A stretch of DNA of 24,411 bases, from IMG/VR virus record IMGVR_UViG_3300032292_001230, positions 1 to 24,411 of that record; one strand, written 5' to 3'. This DNA is from a virus (lineage: Duplodnaviria; Caudoviricetes). A program made the translations under genes and the position numbers. Positions 24,251 to 24,411 of the stretch are shown one piece after another. The notes below the pieces were generated by a model. The model was given only the letters and a program-made list of their open reading frames with translations, was not told where the DNA came from and ran no database searches. Every line of letters begins with the position of its first letter. Position 1 is the first letter of the stretch.

Positions 24251-24411
24251 TATGCTGTCCTCTTTTTGTTAATTGGAATAACTTTGTCGTTAGGGATTTT
24301 GTCTTGAATATCCTCAATTTCATCAAATAAGCTATCAATTTCATCAATTGATTCTTTTTTTGATAGATCGGGAATTGAAACCCGCACGGCTTTTTTGCTG
24401 TCATGAGGATC
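24250..24411 (-). CDS. Partial CDS (3' end; ...DEIEDIQDKIPNDKVIPINKKRTA*)
   Basis: Frame is open from the right edge to a TAA that overlaps the next ATG at 24250. Not in the ORF track. Confidence 0.65.
   Translation of the reverse strand, partial: DPHDSKKAVRVSIPDLSKKESIDEIDSLFDEIEDIQDKIPNDKVIPINKKRTA

Noticed and set aside
680-24404. Short shadow ORFs (680, 1000, 1346, 2635, 3742, 4099, 5281, 6720, 7955, 8465, 11027, 13116, 13249, 13592, 15408, 15785, 18918, 20733, 23961, 24204)
   Set aside because: They are antisense or out-of-frame overlaps of well-supported genes and have no recognisable motifs.

Overview
Segment of a tailed (Caudoviricetes) temperate phage or prophage of a cyanobacterium; the HIP1 octamer GCGATCGC occurs roughly 40 times by eye count. 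The minus strand carries a head module (gp7/MuF-like protein, head-tail adaptor, major capsid, decoration protein, prohead protease) and a packaging/DNA-modification module (terL, terS, TET/JBP-like 2OG-Fe(II) dioxygenase, ParB-like protein). It also carries a complete type IV-B CRISPR-Cas-like operon (cas11-csf2-[inserted RHH/GIY-YIG gene]-csf3-cysH-like-csf1), with no CRISPR array, cas6, cas1/2 or dinG in the window. Tail-type and lysis-type genes follow. The most striking unannotated element is at 7055-7411: a near-consensus sigma70 promoter, a ~270-nt noncoding array of repeated small hairpins with a compensatory base change, and directly after it a sequence that folds as a minimal HDV-like self-cleaving ribozyme. 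My main hypothesis, which is inference only, is that this ribozyme-trimmed repeat RNA is the RNA partner of the orphan type IV-B complex. Protein-sponge or antitoxin-mimic roles are alternatives. All protein calls come from motif recognition, not database searches.
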